Notes under the pieces: model-generated | What the model saw: the letters and a program-made list of their open reading frames with translations, nothing else | Databases searched by the model: none | What the model was told of the DNA's origin: nothing | Translations under genes and position numbers: made by a program | Source of the DNA: Octopus vulgaris | Taxonomy: Eukaryota | Length of the DNA: 64,000 nt | Assembly: GCA_951406725.2 (NCBI GenBank) | Contig: OX597816.1 | Location: 120,032,001 to 120,096,000, forward strand | Direction of reading: 5' to 3' | In this document: in pieces, positions 1 to 13,407 of the stretch | How the letters are laid out: every line of letters starts with the position of its first letter | How positions within the stretch are numbered: position 1 is the first letter of the stretch

Positions 1-710
1 ACATCTGCTTTCCATGCTGGCATGGGTTGGACAGTTTGACTGAAAACTGATAAGCTGGGGAGCTGCACCAGGTTTCAATCTGATTTGGTAAGATTTCTAC
101 AGCTGGATGCCCTTCCTAATGCCAACCACTCCAAGAATGTAGTAGGTGCTCTTTACATGTCACTGGCATAGGTGCCATTGATGTGACACTGGTATCAGCC
201 ATGACTACAATCTCACTTGGCTTGATAGGTCTACACAAGCATGGTATTGCCAAAGGTCTTGGTCACCTGTCACTGCCTCCATGAAGCCAAATGCTCGAAA
301 GGTGCTTTTTATGTGCCATTGACACAGGTGCCAGTCAGACGGCACTGGCATCAGCCACAACTACGATTTCACTTGGCTTGACAAGCACAGCATATCGTCC
401 AATGTTTGAAGGGTGCTTTTTATGTGTCAAATTACGCTACACCAGTATTGGCTACAACTATGATCTCACTTGGCTTTACTGATCTTCTCAAGCACTGCAT
501 ATCGCCAAAGCACTTGATCACTTGTCATTGTCTCCGTGGGGCCCACATTTGAAGATCATGCTTCACCATCTCATCCCATGTCTTCCTGGGTTTACCTCTT
601 CCACAGGTTGCCTCCACCATTAGAGTGCGCCACTTCTTAACACAGCTGTCCACGTCCATATGCATCACATGACCATACCAATGTAGTCATTTCTCTTGCA
701 CACCACATCT
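1..710 (-). mobile_element. RTE-type LINE 3' remnant (end of ORF plus 3' UTR/tail)
   Basis: Reverse complement of the ggaagaggtagacccaggaagac and ttggcattaggaagggcatccagc tail seen at 33470-34040. Confidence 0.75.
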
Positions 711-832
711 TATAATATAAACTATACTTCAGTGTGAATGGTGTTATTTTTTAAGTGAATCTGCATGTGTGTGCATGTGCATGTTTTATTTATTTATCAT
801 AACTGATTTCTTGAATTGATTTGTATTTTCAG

Positions 833-1043
833 CCCCATGATTGTAGCCAACCTTTGGGATGTTACTGATAAAGATATTGACCGCTTTCTACAGGCAATGC
901 TGAAGAGTTGGATCTCTGTTGGGAATTGCAATGAGAAAAAGGATTGTGTAACGTTGACAAAAGCAGTAGTGAAAGCCAGAGACGCTTGCAGACTTACCTA
1001 CCTCATTGGTTGTGCTCCAGTTGTTTATGGGTTGCCTTTATGA
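833..1043 (+). CDS. ESPL1: Separase (peptidase C50), last coding exon
   Basis: Acceptor ttgtattttcag ends at 832 (phase 2). Translation PMIVANLWDVTDKDIDRF...KARDACRLTYLIGCAPVVYGLPL* matches the separase C-terminal NLWDVTD and A/CPVxYGLP motifs. TGA at 1041-1043. Upstream exons lie before the window. Confidence 0.93.
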
Positions 1044-3879
1044 AAAAAATATTTTACAGATTAGTATTAATTGTTAGTTAATATAGCAAAACCAAATGTA
1101 ACATAAATCAGGGATTTCTTTTATAAGCATCTTAAATTTATTTCTTGGGTTTTCTAGAAAATATAACTTCCCAAGTCAAGCATATAATATGTAATTTTTA
1201 TTGAAAGATAGATATGAATTGATTTTGAAAAAGAAGACATCTTAAAACTGCATATAAGCTTCCCTTCATTAAATTAAGAATAATTACAGTTGATTAAGTG
1301 TCTGAGAGCATCATTCTTATTTAATCAAAATTAAAAGAATCTCAACAGATTTTTTAACAGGAATTATCACATGCCAGTATCACTGCCCTACTATGAAATA
1401 GTTTCAGTATTATTATTTTAGTATTTGTAATATCATTTTGTAATAATCTAGGAAGTTTAGAGTGAGAATTTTATATATTAGAATCTTTTCTTTCTTTTAA
1501 AACAAAACAAACAAAAAACAAATAGTGAAACAGTATTTTAGGATCTTTCGTATTTTGTGATGATATAAGTATTGAAATTTATTATCTTTTTTCAACAAAT
1601 CAAAATTATAAAATATTTTTGTTCATTATTTTAGGTAAGTGTTAGAATTTCAGGAATTTTAAAATTAGAACCAGTTATTTCAAGATTAAAAACAGCAAGT
1701 TACTATGGTATTTGTAATTGTGAGTGAACAGATTTTAGTTCAAAATGAGATCTTGCCACTTCAAAGTGAGATTAAGGATTTCAAATGAGTCTTTATCATA
1801 TCAAAGTGAGAATAGTGATTTCTAAGTGAGAATGACACATACAGAGTTATTAAATAGAAATATATCAAAATATTATTTGTAATATCAGCAATGTAAACTT
1901 GCCTGGTTGACTATAAGTTTACATCTGCCCAGCAATGAGGCAAAAAACTCATATGATGGTAATACCTTCAAGTTTTCTTGAGGGGTGAGAACAATAACAA
2001 CACCCAATGCTAATTTTCTAAGAATATTGCTTCAGTGAATGACTTTTGTAACATTTACAGGATTGTTCGATATTTCTTCATACAGAGAAAGTACTGTTAT
2101 TGCATATTTTATACATGAGAAACATTCCTTTGTTGGATTAAGTGCAGGTCAATACACCAGTAGATATTCTAAACAACAATTACAAATATATATTGAATAT
2201 AAATGTTGAACCCATGGTGAAACAGTTGCATTATTGAAAATATATTCCTGACCTTGAAAATGTTCAGCCAAATAGTGAAGAAAGTTTTCAAACTTAGCCA
2301 TATGTGAGCATGAAATTCTGTGAATACCAGTCTCTCTTTACTTGACATGAGAGCAATTATATTGATATTTTTGTCTGCTTGTCCAGAGATAGTTCTGTGG
2401 GCCAGGCCCTTAAGATCAGTGGTGGTAGTGTGAAGGTTAAAGCTACATCATTCAGCTACAAAAATAAGTGATTTATTAAGAAGGTAAAACACTTGTCAAA
2501 TACTACACTTGACAAATTCATGTCTGTCAGTGATAAATAACATCATGTTGAATTCTATTGCTAAGTACTTGAACTAGCTTTTTTTTTTTACCTGTAAGCC
2601 TTCTATGGTTTTTCCAATTCAACAAGTGATTTATGAGGCAAATCTCATCTCATGTCTTTATTTTCAGCAGGTGATCAATGATTTATTTTTTATTGCCTCA
2701 TCATCCACCTTCATTTTGCATCTACTGCTTTTGGGTAACACCTCTTGTTTTTAGTCTTTATTTAGTCTAAAATTTTTGTTTGCAGTCTTTAAATTAATGC
2801 CTATAAATTGAGCAAGGTTCTTGAGGTTTAACCCACAATATTAAGTTGACTGTGAGCAGTACTGGATGCTGGTATCGCCTTTGTTTCGTATTCCCTTGGT
2901 GGCTCTTCTTGAGACATTGCAAAAACAAACACAAAACAGAAAACAACTTTAGAATATAAGTAGTTTATGTAAATTTGAGTTCTTCTTGTACTCACATAAG
3001 ATTATAAATACTGTTTTATTAAGAAGAAATTCAGATACTTTTTTGATGTTGTAACTGAGGAAATTGGTAAGATTTCTCTGTTACAATATCATTATCATCA
3101 TTCTAATGTCTGTTAAAATGGTAATGATGTTGATAATATTGTGTATGTGTAAAAAGTATGTATCTTCACATATCTGTCGAAGATTAAATACCTCACAATT
3201 GAGCAAGTGTTTCAGTACGTTGGTATTTTTTTCTGAAACTTGTACATTTAGTTGTATGGTATTTAATCTAAAATATATAAATATATACTCTACATTATTA
3301 TGCATTCAGTCTTATTTTGTTTTTAACTTTAGTCTTCTCAAAATTCTTTGGTGGACTGTAAATAAATTATTTTTGTACATATGTAAATAAATTTTGCTAA
3401 TACAATTTAAACCCATTTTACTTCTTTATTAATTTTCTTTTTGTTAATGATGGCTTAAGAAGCTTGTTTCTCAACAATATGGCTTCAGGCTCAGTCCCAC
3501 TGCTTGGCACCTTAGGAAAATGCCCCTCAGACTGACAAAAGCCTTGTGAGTAGATCTGGTTGCATAGAGACTGAAAGAAGGCCATATGTGTGAGTGTGTG
3601 TCTCCTTGTCTTAATGTTGTTTGATAGTTGTAAATGAGTAACACCATCGTATAAGAGGTGTTATGCATTTCCAATTTTCCATGAAGACATGTCCAAACCT
3701 GAGGAAATATTTTGCTTGGAAACAGGTGAAGGTTGGCAAGCAGGAAGAGTATCTGGCCATAGAAAATCTATTTTTATGAATTTTATCTGATCCATGAAAG
3801 CATGGAAAAGTAGATGTTTAAAAAAATGATAATTCTATAAACATAAACGGATCCAGAACCATCTGGTTAAGAAGCAAGC

Positions 3880-4116
3880 TTCTTATTTCTTTGTTACCCA
3901 CAAGGGGCTAAACATAGAGGGGACAAACAAGGACAGACAAAGGGATTAAGTTGATTACATTGACCCCAGTGCGTAACTGGTACTTAATTTATCGACCCTG
4001 AAAGGATGAAAGGCAAAGTCGACCTTGGTAGAATTTGAACTCAGAATGTAACGGCAGACGAAATACTGCTAAGCATTTTGCCCAGTGTGCTAACGTTTCT
4101 GCTAGGTCACCACCTT
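3880..4116 (-). mobile_element. SINE family C
   Basis: Reverse complement of ggtggtgacctagcagaaacgttagcac...ttctgagttcaaattc...tttgcctttcatcctttc. Confidence 0.7.
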
Positions 4117-4613
4117 AAGAAGCAAGCTTCTTACCACACAGCCACACCTATGCCTATTATACATGTATATGTATACAATTACACACACACACACACAGAT
4201 AGATAGATACATAAACATAGGCTCAAAAACGAAAATCAGTTGCAGTTTATCAAGTTGCAGAATCAGTAAACCATTGTTTTCTATATTAACCCTTTAATGT
4301 TTAAACCAGCCACATCCAGCCAAAATATTATACCTGTTTTATGTTGAAACTACCCAGATCTGACCTCTCCCATCTGCCCTATAATGTCATTCTAGAAATA
4401 ATCACATCTTTTGAAATCTTGAAGCTAAAAAATAATGCATGGTTAATTCAAAACAATGTGAACAAATAAGTATTACATTTGACTATAATCTGAATACTAA
4501 AGGGTTAAGGAAGCTTTAAATTGTCTTCATGTTTTAATTATCTTTTGTAAACCCTTATTGGTTAATAAAGAAAGCATTATTATTATTATAATTATTAGTA
4601 GTAGTAATTAGTA

Positions 4614-4822
4614 AGGTGGTGAGCTGGCATAATTGATAGCACACTGAGTGAAATGCTTAGTGATATTTCGCCCATCACTTTATTCTGAGTTCAAATTACA
4701 CCGAGGTCGGTTCTTGCCTTTCATCCTTTCAGAGTTAATAAAGTAAAGTACCAGTGAAACACTGGGTTTAATGCAATCGACTAGTCCCCTTCCCACAAAT
4801 CTCAGGCCTTGTGCCTTTAGTA
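4614..4822 (+). mobile_element. SINE family C
   Basis: aggtggtgagctggca...ctgagttcaaattacaccgaggtcg. Further copies near 18549-18760 (-), 36972-37140 (+), 45750-45950 (+), 53990-54206 (-) and 60678-60880 (-). Confidence 0.7.
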
Positions 4823-5172
4823 TAATGGATTATTAGTAGTAATAATCCTTTCTACTATAAGCACAAGGCCTGAGATTTTGGGGGAGGGAGCCAGTCAATT
4901 ACATCATTCCCAGTACTCAATTGGCACTTATTTCTCTAAATTTTACCTTGTAGCATAAATGGATGGAACTCAGTGCAATATTTTTACAGTGGTAAGCACA
5001 CACATATGACAGGTTTCTGCACAGTTTCCCATTTCAAAATTTCACTCAAGATATTAATCAGCCCAAGGCTACTGTAGAAAGGAGAATACAGTATGCTACA
5101 GTGAAATAAAACCAAGAATCATATGGTTGCAGAGCTAACATTTTAGTCATATGTATGTGGAGCCACACACAC

Positions 5173-5205
<33 letters not shown>

Positions 5206-5430
5206 TTATCTCTCTCTCTCTCTCTCTCTTTTTTTTTAGTATATTGCGAATGACTTTGCTCTTTCAGTCAGGGCTTCATTGTCTATAAATACATTTATCT
5301 TTAAAGCAACATCTTTGTTGTTTTTAATATCTCGTGTGCCTTTTCTCTATTGCTGTGTATGTGAATATATATACAGCCTCTTTCTTAATATCTCGTGTCT
5401 TTTCTCTATTGCTGTGTATGTGATTATATA

Positions 5431-8398
5431 TAATAATAATAAACATTGTGTACAGTGCTCAGGTGCACTACAACTCATCGAAAGTGTATATATAATCAGG
5501 TGTAGTTTCGACGGATTTCGGAAAGCATGAGGGCCTTAAAGGATGCAGTGTCATGGCAGTCAACAACTGACGCAGGCAGTTTATTCCATGCTTCAGCAAC
5601 TCTGAGTGTGAAGAAATGTTTCCGAAAGTCATGGGAGCTGTGTTGTTTTCTGACTTTGTGGGCATGTCCACGTGTGTTAGACACATGGAGATCAAAAAGG
5701 TGTTCAGTGTTGTTATTGGTGAGGTGGTTGACAACTTTGTGGGTGTTTACCAAGTCCGTCGCCAGACGCCGGAGCTTCAGTGAATCCATGCCCAGGGAAA
5801 CAAGGCGCTCAGAATATGGTAGGTGTCTGATGGAGGGTATGCGTTTGGTTGCACGTCTCTGAACAGATTCCAGGAGGTCAATGTTCTGAGCAAGATAGGG
5901 GTTCCAAACTGATGATGCGAATTCCAAGTGTGGTCGTACCATAGCTGTATACAGTTTTAAATAGATGGCTGGAGAGCGGCTAACAAAAGTCTTGCTGAGT
6001 GATGCCAAGACACCCTCGGCCTTCTTGACAATTTTAGAGATATGCTTTGTCCAACGCAAATCACTGCTGACAGTGATGCCTAGGTCACGCTCGCAAGAGG
6101 ATTTCTTGATATCAGTGTTGTGGAGGGAGTATGTGGACGCAGGGTTTTTTCTCCCAAGATGCATGGTGGTACACTTGTCCACAGCCAGTTTCAGTTGCCA
6201 GTCTGTGATCCATTGCTGCATTGTGTCCAGGTCTGATTGCAGGAAAGAGCTGTAGACAACAGGATCTGTCCTCTTGATTTCAAGGTACAGCTTGATGTCG
6301 TCTGCATATTTTAATACTGTGGCATTCTTTAAATTTGCATCTATGTCATTAATGTATGCCACAAACAAGAGGGGACCAAGGACAGATCCCTGTGGTACAC
6401 CCGATGACATCTCATATGGTGTAGAATGCTGTCCTAGAACTGTGACTACCTCCTTTCGGTTGAGAATGAAGGACTTCAACCAGTTAAAAAGGTCATCCCT
6501 CACACCCATTGCAGAGAGTTTCACCATAAGCCTTTTGTGTGGCACAGAGTTGAAAGCCTTAGCAAAGTCAAGGTAGACAACATCCACCCATGAGCCACTG
6601 TCAGTGATCTGAGTAATGTCCTCAAGGAACTCGACAAGCTGATCACTGCAGCTGGAGTTAGGGACAAATCCATATTGTGAGGGTCGGATGAGACTGTGTG
6701 AGCTCCAGAAGTTCCAAAGTGTTTCTCTGACATGATTCCATCAGTTTTGCAATACAGCTAGTGAGACTGACTGGGCGATAGTTGACAGGTGATGTGCGGT
6801 CGCCCTTCTTGAACAGAGGAATGACACTGGCAGTTTTCCACTGTTCCGGAGTAGCACCATTGTTGAGACAGTACTGGAAGAAAGTAGAGAGCTGGTGTAA
6901 AAGGAAGTACCTGCCACGTTTGAGAAGCAGGTATGTAACTCCATCAAGACCAGGGGAGGCATAGTTGCGCTTATTTTGAAGGTGACGTCGCAGCATTGCA
7001 AGTGTAAATTCCATAGTTGTTATGGAATTTGCTGTTAGAGATGGCGAAGATGGCACATTTTGACTTTCAACAGTGAATATGTTTGCATAGCACTCGGCAA
7101 TGAGTTCTGCGCATTCCTTGGGGTCGTCAGTGATCTGGTTTGTGTGAGGGTTGCGAAGAGGGCCCACTGGAGAGTGAGGTCTCTGCTTCGAATGCACATA
7201 TTTCCAGAAAACCTTGCTGTCAGGATTGGCTGCTATGCACTGTTCAAATTCAAGCACTGCTTTTTTTGTCACTTGCTTGAGATGGTTGGAAGATTTATTC
7301 CACTTCTTCCTGTTGGTGTCTGATTTATGCAACTTGTAATCCCGTTCAGCAGTTCGACGTTCCTTCCTGGCAAGTCGGACCGCTGAAGTTTCCCAGATTG
7401 CACTTTTGGGGCGGTTCTTCTTTTTCTGTTTACATGGCACTGATGCTGCACATGCTGCCCATATTGAGTCCAGGATACTCTGGAGTATAGTATTCACATC
7501 TCCAGAGTTGTAGAATTCACGCCAGTTTGGGTGCTGTAGTTCAGTGTGGTACAGGTTCCAATCTGCTCTCTTCCAATCGAAGGAAGCAGTTTGGAGATGG
7601 TTCAGGTTTTTGTTGCCCGCAAGAGCCAGATTGGCGATGATCATAGCATGATCAGAGTCACCTAGAGGTTCCTCCATAGTGCAATTGATAACCGCTTCAG
7701 GAGTTGTGGTAAAGAGCAGGTCCAAGGTGTTGTCGCCTCTTGTTGGAGAGGTGACTACTTGTGACCAGTTTGAGTCCAGTATAAGCTCAACAAAATCGTT
7801 TGCACTCTGTGGCCAATGGAAGGTTTCCCAATTGATCTCAGGATGATTGAAATCGCCTGCAATGAAAACATAAGTGGCTTTTTCCTGGCAGCAGCTCGGA
7901 GGATATCGCAAAGCTGTGTGTCCCGATGGTAATTTGGGGGACGATAAACAACACCAAGCAGGAGTGTTGACATGGTCATACGTACATCACAGAAAAAAAC
8001 TTCTTGTGATTCGTTCAAATCGGCACAAGGAATTACTGAAAAATTTGAACGAACGTAGACCATCACACCACCACCACGGCAGTTAATGCGGTCCTTGCGG
8101 AAGAGGTTGTACCCAGTGATGTTGAAAACCCCATCACAGAGTAAGGAATGCGCCCATGTTTCCGTGACAGTGATGAAGTCAGGGTCAATACTTCCAACGT
8201 AGGCGTTGAACAAATGAATTTTGTTGCACAAACTGCGAGCATTTAAGGACAACAATTTGTACCCTGCTTGCAGTTTATGATGGTGTGTAGAGGATGGCAG
8301 GTTGTTCAGGTTTAGTTTCCCTGAGTTGCTGTAGTTTTTTTAGTTTTTTTTCAGTGTCAGTCATTGTGGGTAGAGAGCACTCAGACCAGCTGTTATCT
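5431..8398 (-). mobile_element. CR1-type LINE, near-complete ORF2 (APE endonuclease + reverse transcriptase) with frameshifts, 3' stem-loop and (TTA)n tail
   Basis: Endonuclease motifs LNARSL, VTETW, VYRPP, GDFN and SDH. RT motifs YRPVSL, LDFAKAF, GVPQGSVLGP and YADD. CR1-like C-terminus (VRPHLEFASSVWNPY, RGH, WNKLP). Frame changes near 7880 and 6732. Confidence 0.92.
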
Positions 8399-8671
8399 CT
8401 CTTATATATATATATATAGCCTCTTTCTTCCAGTCATTTCATCATGATAAACTGTTAGCCCCTACATATTTTTTTTTATTTTCTCTGTTTTTCCGTTCTC
8501 TCTCCATTTTTTTTCTCTTTCATCCTTTTCTGTTAAGAGCATAGGCTTGAAATGTCAAAGACTTTTCCATTTTTCCCTGCTTGTTCCCTCACCTGACTTT
8601 GTCTTTTGTTTCCTGTAAATCTGAACTATCTATCTGGGTAATTGTATACACATACACGTATAATGGGTGCA

Positions 8672-8967
8672 AGCATGGCTGTGTGGTAAGAAGTTTGCTT
8701 CCCAACCACATGGTTCTGGGTTCAGTCTCACTGTATGGTACCTTGGGCAAGTGTCTTCTACAGCGTCAGGTTGACCAAAGCCTTGTCAGGGGATTTGGTT
8801 GACAGAAAGAAGCCCATAGTGTGTATATATATATGTATATATATTTATATGTATATATATATGTATATATATTTATAAGTATATATATTTATATATATAT
8901 ATATGTATATATATTTATATGTATATATATATGTATGTATATATATATGTATATATATATGTATGTA

Positions 8968-9031
<64 letters not shown>

Positions 9032-9360
9032 GTAAATATATATATATGTATATATATATGTATATATATATATATATATATATTATTATATTTTGTATAT
9101 ATATATTTATATATATATGTGTATATATATATATGTATATATATATATGTATATATATGTATATATGTATATATATATATATATGTATATATATGTATAT
9201 ATATATGTATGTATCTATGTGTGAATCTGTGTCCCCCCACCCATTACTGCTTGACAACTGGTGTTGGTGTGTTTACATCCCCATAACTTAGCAGTTCGGA
9301 AAAAGTGGCTGATAGAATAAGTACTGGGTTTAAAAAATAAGTTCTGGGGTCAATTTGTTT
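8672..9360 (+). mobile_element. tRNA-derived SINE (family B) with expanded internal (TA)n tract
   Basis: tggctgtgtggtaagaagtttgcttcccaaccacatgg head; TA-rich tract 8821-9215. Related copies near 3450-3825 (+), 26750-26900 (+) and 47070-47280 (-). Confidence 0.7.
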
Positions 9361-10081
9361 ATGGTGCTGCTTAAAGAATATCTACACACTCCCTACATGA
9401 CTGGTTGCTCAGTATTTTAATATCAGGCAACATCAAGTTTGTTTTGAGATGGTTGGTGACATAAGAGATAAGTGAGAAGAGAAATGGGAACCTATATAGA
9501 GTTACAGAGAAATAAAAAGGCAGAGGATCGATGTAAAGAAAAACACGGGGAATAGGTTGAGGAATTGGAAGTAAATATTAGAACCACTAAGTATAGTCAA
9601 AGTGTCTTGTTTGAAAATGAATTTCTTGCTGAGATGGCAGTTGCCTTCAGTTCATGGTGTTGGTAAGCTTCAAAGACAAAGAAGTTCATAAGGAAAGTAA
9701 TGAAGGAAGTTGAAGCGATGAGCCTTGGGTTTCATTTTGTAATCATGTTAGATCACACTGCACAGTATACTGAACAAGTAATGTAATGCTATGTTAACCG
9801 AAAGTTTGAGATAAAAATTGTATAGAGAGAAACTGTGAAAGCCTGTTGGGTAGATTGTACCTAATCTTATATGATCAACTTTATCTGTCAGCTGTTTTAA
9901 TGTCACCACCTACTCCTTAGGTGTTTTTTGAAGAGTCCACTCTACTGCAGATATTTGGAGATTTTGGTATGAGGATAAGTTCTTCCTACCGATCCTGAAA
10001 ATCTTGAGAAGTATCATGAGTTACTACCCTTACTCTGATAAACGCAAACGCGAAACCAACACAACAGCAGCAGCAACAAGT

Positions 10082-10510
10082 GGAGGCGCAATGGCCCAGT
10101 GGTTAGGGCAGCGGACTCGCGGTCGGAGGATCGTGGTTTTGATTCCCAGACTGGGCGTTGTGTGTGTTTATTGAGCGAAAACACCTAAAGTTCCACGAGG
10201 CTCCGGCAGGGGGTGGTGGCGACCCCTGTTGTACTCTTTTACTACAACTTTCTCTCACTCTTTCTTCCTGTTTCTTGTCCCTGACTTCCTACGCAACCGC
10301 TGAGCCTGGATGCGCATTCATCCATCCGTCGATGCTCTTGGTGTTGGGGGTTGACTTGCTTTCTCTTCTGCAGGTCTTACGAAAAGCAAAGGACCACGTT
10401 TCAGACTTCTCCCACTACAGACAATCCTGAGGCACGATCTTGCGAGCTCTGGGACGAAGACCGCTTCGCTCAACAAACAAACAAACAAACAAGAAGCAAC
10501 AACAACAAAA
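10082..10510 (+). mobile_element. tRNA-derived SINE (family A)
   Basis: Head ggaggcgcaatggcccagtggttagggcagcgg with A box and degenerate B box ggttttgattcc; (AAAC)n tail. Confidence 0.75.
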
Positions 10511-12330
10511 CACTTAGGCATCTCTGCTTAGATAATTTCTTTTTCATACGTGGTTTAACAAGCTAGGAAAAATATATTTATCTAAGTTGTACTGTAATAG
10601 TTGTGAAATATATAATTTTTCTTTTTGTTGAGAAATACCTGTTCTTATGAATTTCTCTCATTGTTAAATAACATAAATGATAACATGTATGGCTGTGCAT
10701 CGTGTTACAGCCCCAAGCTGTATCAGATATAGTTCATCAGAAATTTATGACTCTTGACTAAAATCTAATAAATTAAGACTGTAATTCACCCTTTCTACTT
10801 AATCTCTGTTCTCCTTCATATAGTGAAGATGATATTGCTAAGTCAGTATTTAGAGATAATAACTTTCTGCATAATCTGATTAACTAAGGGATTGACTTGT
10901 ATGATGCCAATTCGCAAGGCTTTCTTTCAGAAATTATATCCCTGCAGATCTTGTAACCTCCTCCGCATTTTTATCTTTAATCACTTTATTCATCTTTTGC
11001 TTGATTTTTTTTTCACAATAGGCTTATCTGTTAGCTTAATTAGATGTAGGCATTCTGTTACATTCATCCTCTTTGTTTAGCAATTTCTTCTATTATAACT
11101 ATCATTCCTCTTTCTCTACCAAAAACATTGTATATGTAGCAGTTTTTGTAGTTACTTGCTACCTTCTTTCTTCCAGGCATGCTGTTTATCTTTCATAGTT
11201 TCATCTACCACACTAATCAACTATTATATCTATTGCTCACTGCAGCATCCTCAGAATTGATACCTTAGTTGTTATTTAGTTCTAGATCAGCTTTGATAAG
11301 GCAGAGTTATTATTGCAGGCATTCAGTCATGACTACCTTGTCTCCAAATCAATTCAGGACCATATTAATATATCCTTTTCATAATTAAGGTAGGGTGTGA
11401 TTTAAGGAAGTTTTAGCTATTATTTTTAGCAGATTAAATGGCCACTTAAAGGCTCTACATTGGTTCTTAATTGTGCCTTAACTTTTCTCTATGCTGAAGA
11501 AGGTCTCTACTTTTGACTGCATAAGGCTTTGTTACTGATGTATGGCACATGACTTTCAGTTTCCACAGCTAATTTTCCTTAGTTGAAGTCATTCACTTTT
11601 GCTTTTTATACTTTACTCCTGAATACACAAGACCTTAATTTATATTGAGGACACCTTCTGCTGCTAAAGATAGTATTAATGAATTGACTAACTGGCTTTC
11701 TGAGATGTAAATAATATATTGTGTGAATTATTTCAGAACATTGTACCTTTCATGAATACAAAATCTATTCTGTTGGGAATTTCCTAATAACCATTCACCC
11801 TTTTGAAATCAACCCACCCATGAACACCTTTGGTTCTATTATATAAATTTTTTGTTTTAAAGTGATCTAAATTAAAAATTCCCATCAAAATTTTATATTA
11901 ATTATTTTATTAAATATCAGTTCAATAACGACAAAGCTATTTTACTAAATGCCTCATAATTTTTTTAATTAATTGAAACAAAGGCAGTGTGTTTCAACCG
12001 AAAACAGGACTAAAATGAAAGGATTAAAATATTCAACATATTAGATATTTCTATCATTCTATATTTCTGGTAATGTAAAACCAGACTAGACACTTATAAT
12101 TGATTCTACTGCTCATATATTAATCAACAAATAAACTTTGATTGGGTTTATTTTACCAAAAATATATATTTCTATAAAACTTGTAACTGTCTATACATCA
12201 CCACTCATAGTAGATTGTTCTTTTTTGGGTTAAATAACGATTGAAAGATTGTATAGTTTATTATTAAATACAACACATATGTTCTTTTTTTAACTTTATT
12301 TGATATCAGTAAAATATATATTAAATGAAG

Positions 12331-12362
<32 letters not shown>

Positions 12363-13350
12363 GTTCTATTAAGACATTACAGAAAATATTTTCATGAACT
12401 TATTACAAATGCTGTTCATTATCAAACTAAAAAATATTTTTAATAACTTCACGACCATCCACATATTCACTTTATAACTCAAACCAATGTTGTGGTAATC
12501 TGCTATTAGTGTTACGTGCAGAGGGAAATTTCATTTTATAGGCAATAATACTTACTATAATAAATTTACAACAAGCCATAACAAAAATATTATAGCAAAT
12601 TTTTTTTTATGAAACATGGAAAGAAAGCAAATTTTAAGGTTTGGTAGCAAGTTTGAAGTATATGATTTTTTTTTATAAGTTTCTAGGATTTGCATTAAAA
12701 GAACATCTTCATGCAAAACTCTACAAAGGCGTTTCCTTCATTTTAAATTCAGAACATAAAAAAAATTATGAAAATTTATCTTGGAATTTTTAGTACCAAG
12801 ATATTGCATTGCTTTTATGAATTGTTTACAAGTTCTACAGTAAATACCTGAAAAAAGCAAGAATTTATTTCAGAAAAAGTAAAAATTTATTTCAGATTAA
12901 ATGAGATTTTAATATAAATATATTGTCTTGATTACTTTTGTTAGAAGTACAAATTTGCTCATAGATTTATTTATTTTTTTTTAGTTATAGAGGAAATATT
13001 TTTCAAGTCAGCCCTATGTTACAAATTTATGCTTTTCTCATTTCCATGACACAAGCAAAAGGCAGAGACCTTGCAAGAACACAGAAAGCGAAGTACTACA
13101 TTAAAGTCATAGTAATATGAAAAATTATTTTAATTAGCTGCAGTGCTGTTTTATTTTTTAAATTTCCTTTTTAATTTATTGTTTCCATCAGTAATTCATT
13201 TTTAAAGTTCAAATACATATAGAACTACATCAAAAGACTATGATACCACATAAGGGTTGTTTTGAAAAGCCCATAACAGCTGCACTTTTGAAATTGTAAC
13301 ATCTGTAACAAGATATACACATCAAAATAAAAAGTGAGTGTGTGTGCATG

Positions 13351-13407
<57 letters not shown>

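Noticed and set aside
5527-8086. Plus-strand ORFs overlapping the LINE
   Set aside because: Antisense shadows of ORF2 with no recognisable motifs.
8526-8560. Hammerhead-like cttttctgttaa-gagc-atag-gctt-gaaat-gtc-aaag (similar weak cases near 11485 and 40990)
   Set aside because: Several core positions are broken and there is no second copy in the window to support a consensus.
8821-9291. Long YI/CV-rich ORFs (also 44861-45392, 47208-47493, 60511-61076)
   Set aside because: They are translations of microsatellites.
10082-10155. tRNA genes (also 23862 and 28280-28353)
   Set aside because: No proper cloverleaf and each continues into a repeat body, so they are SINE heads.
12740-13305. Possible alternative 3' exons of the epimerase (acceptor-like sites near 13305 and 12850 on minus)
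   Set aside because: The protein is already complete at 14933, the peptides show no homology and the donors are weak.
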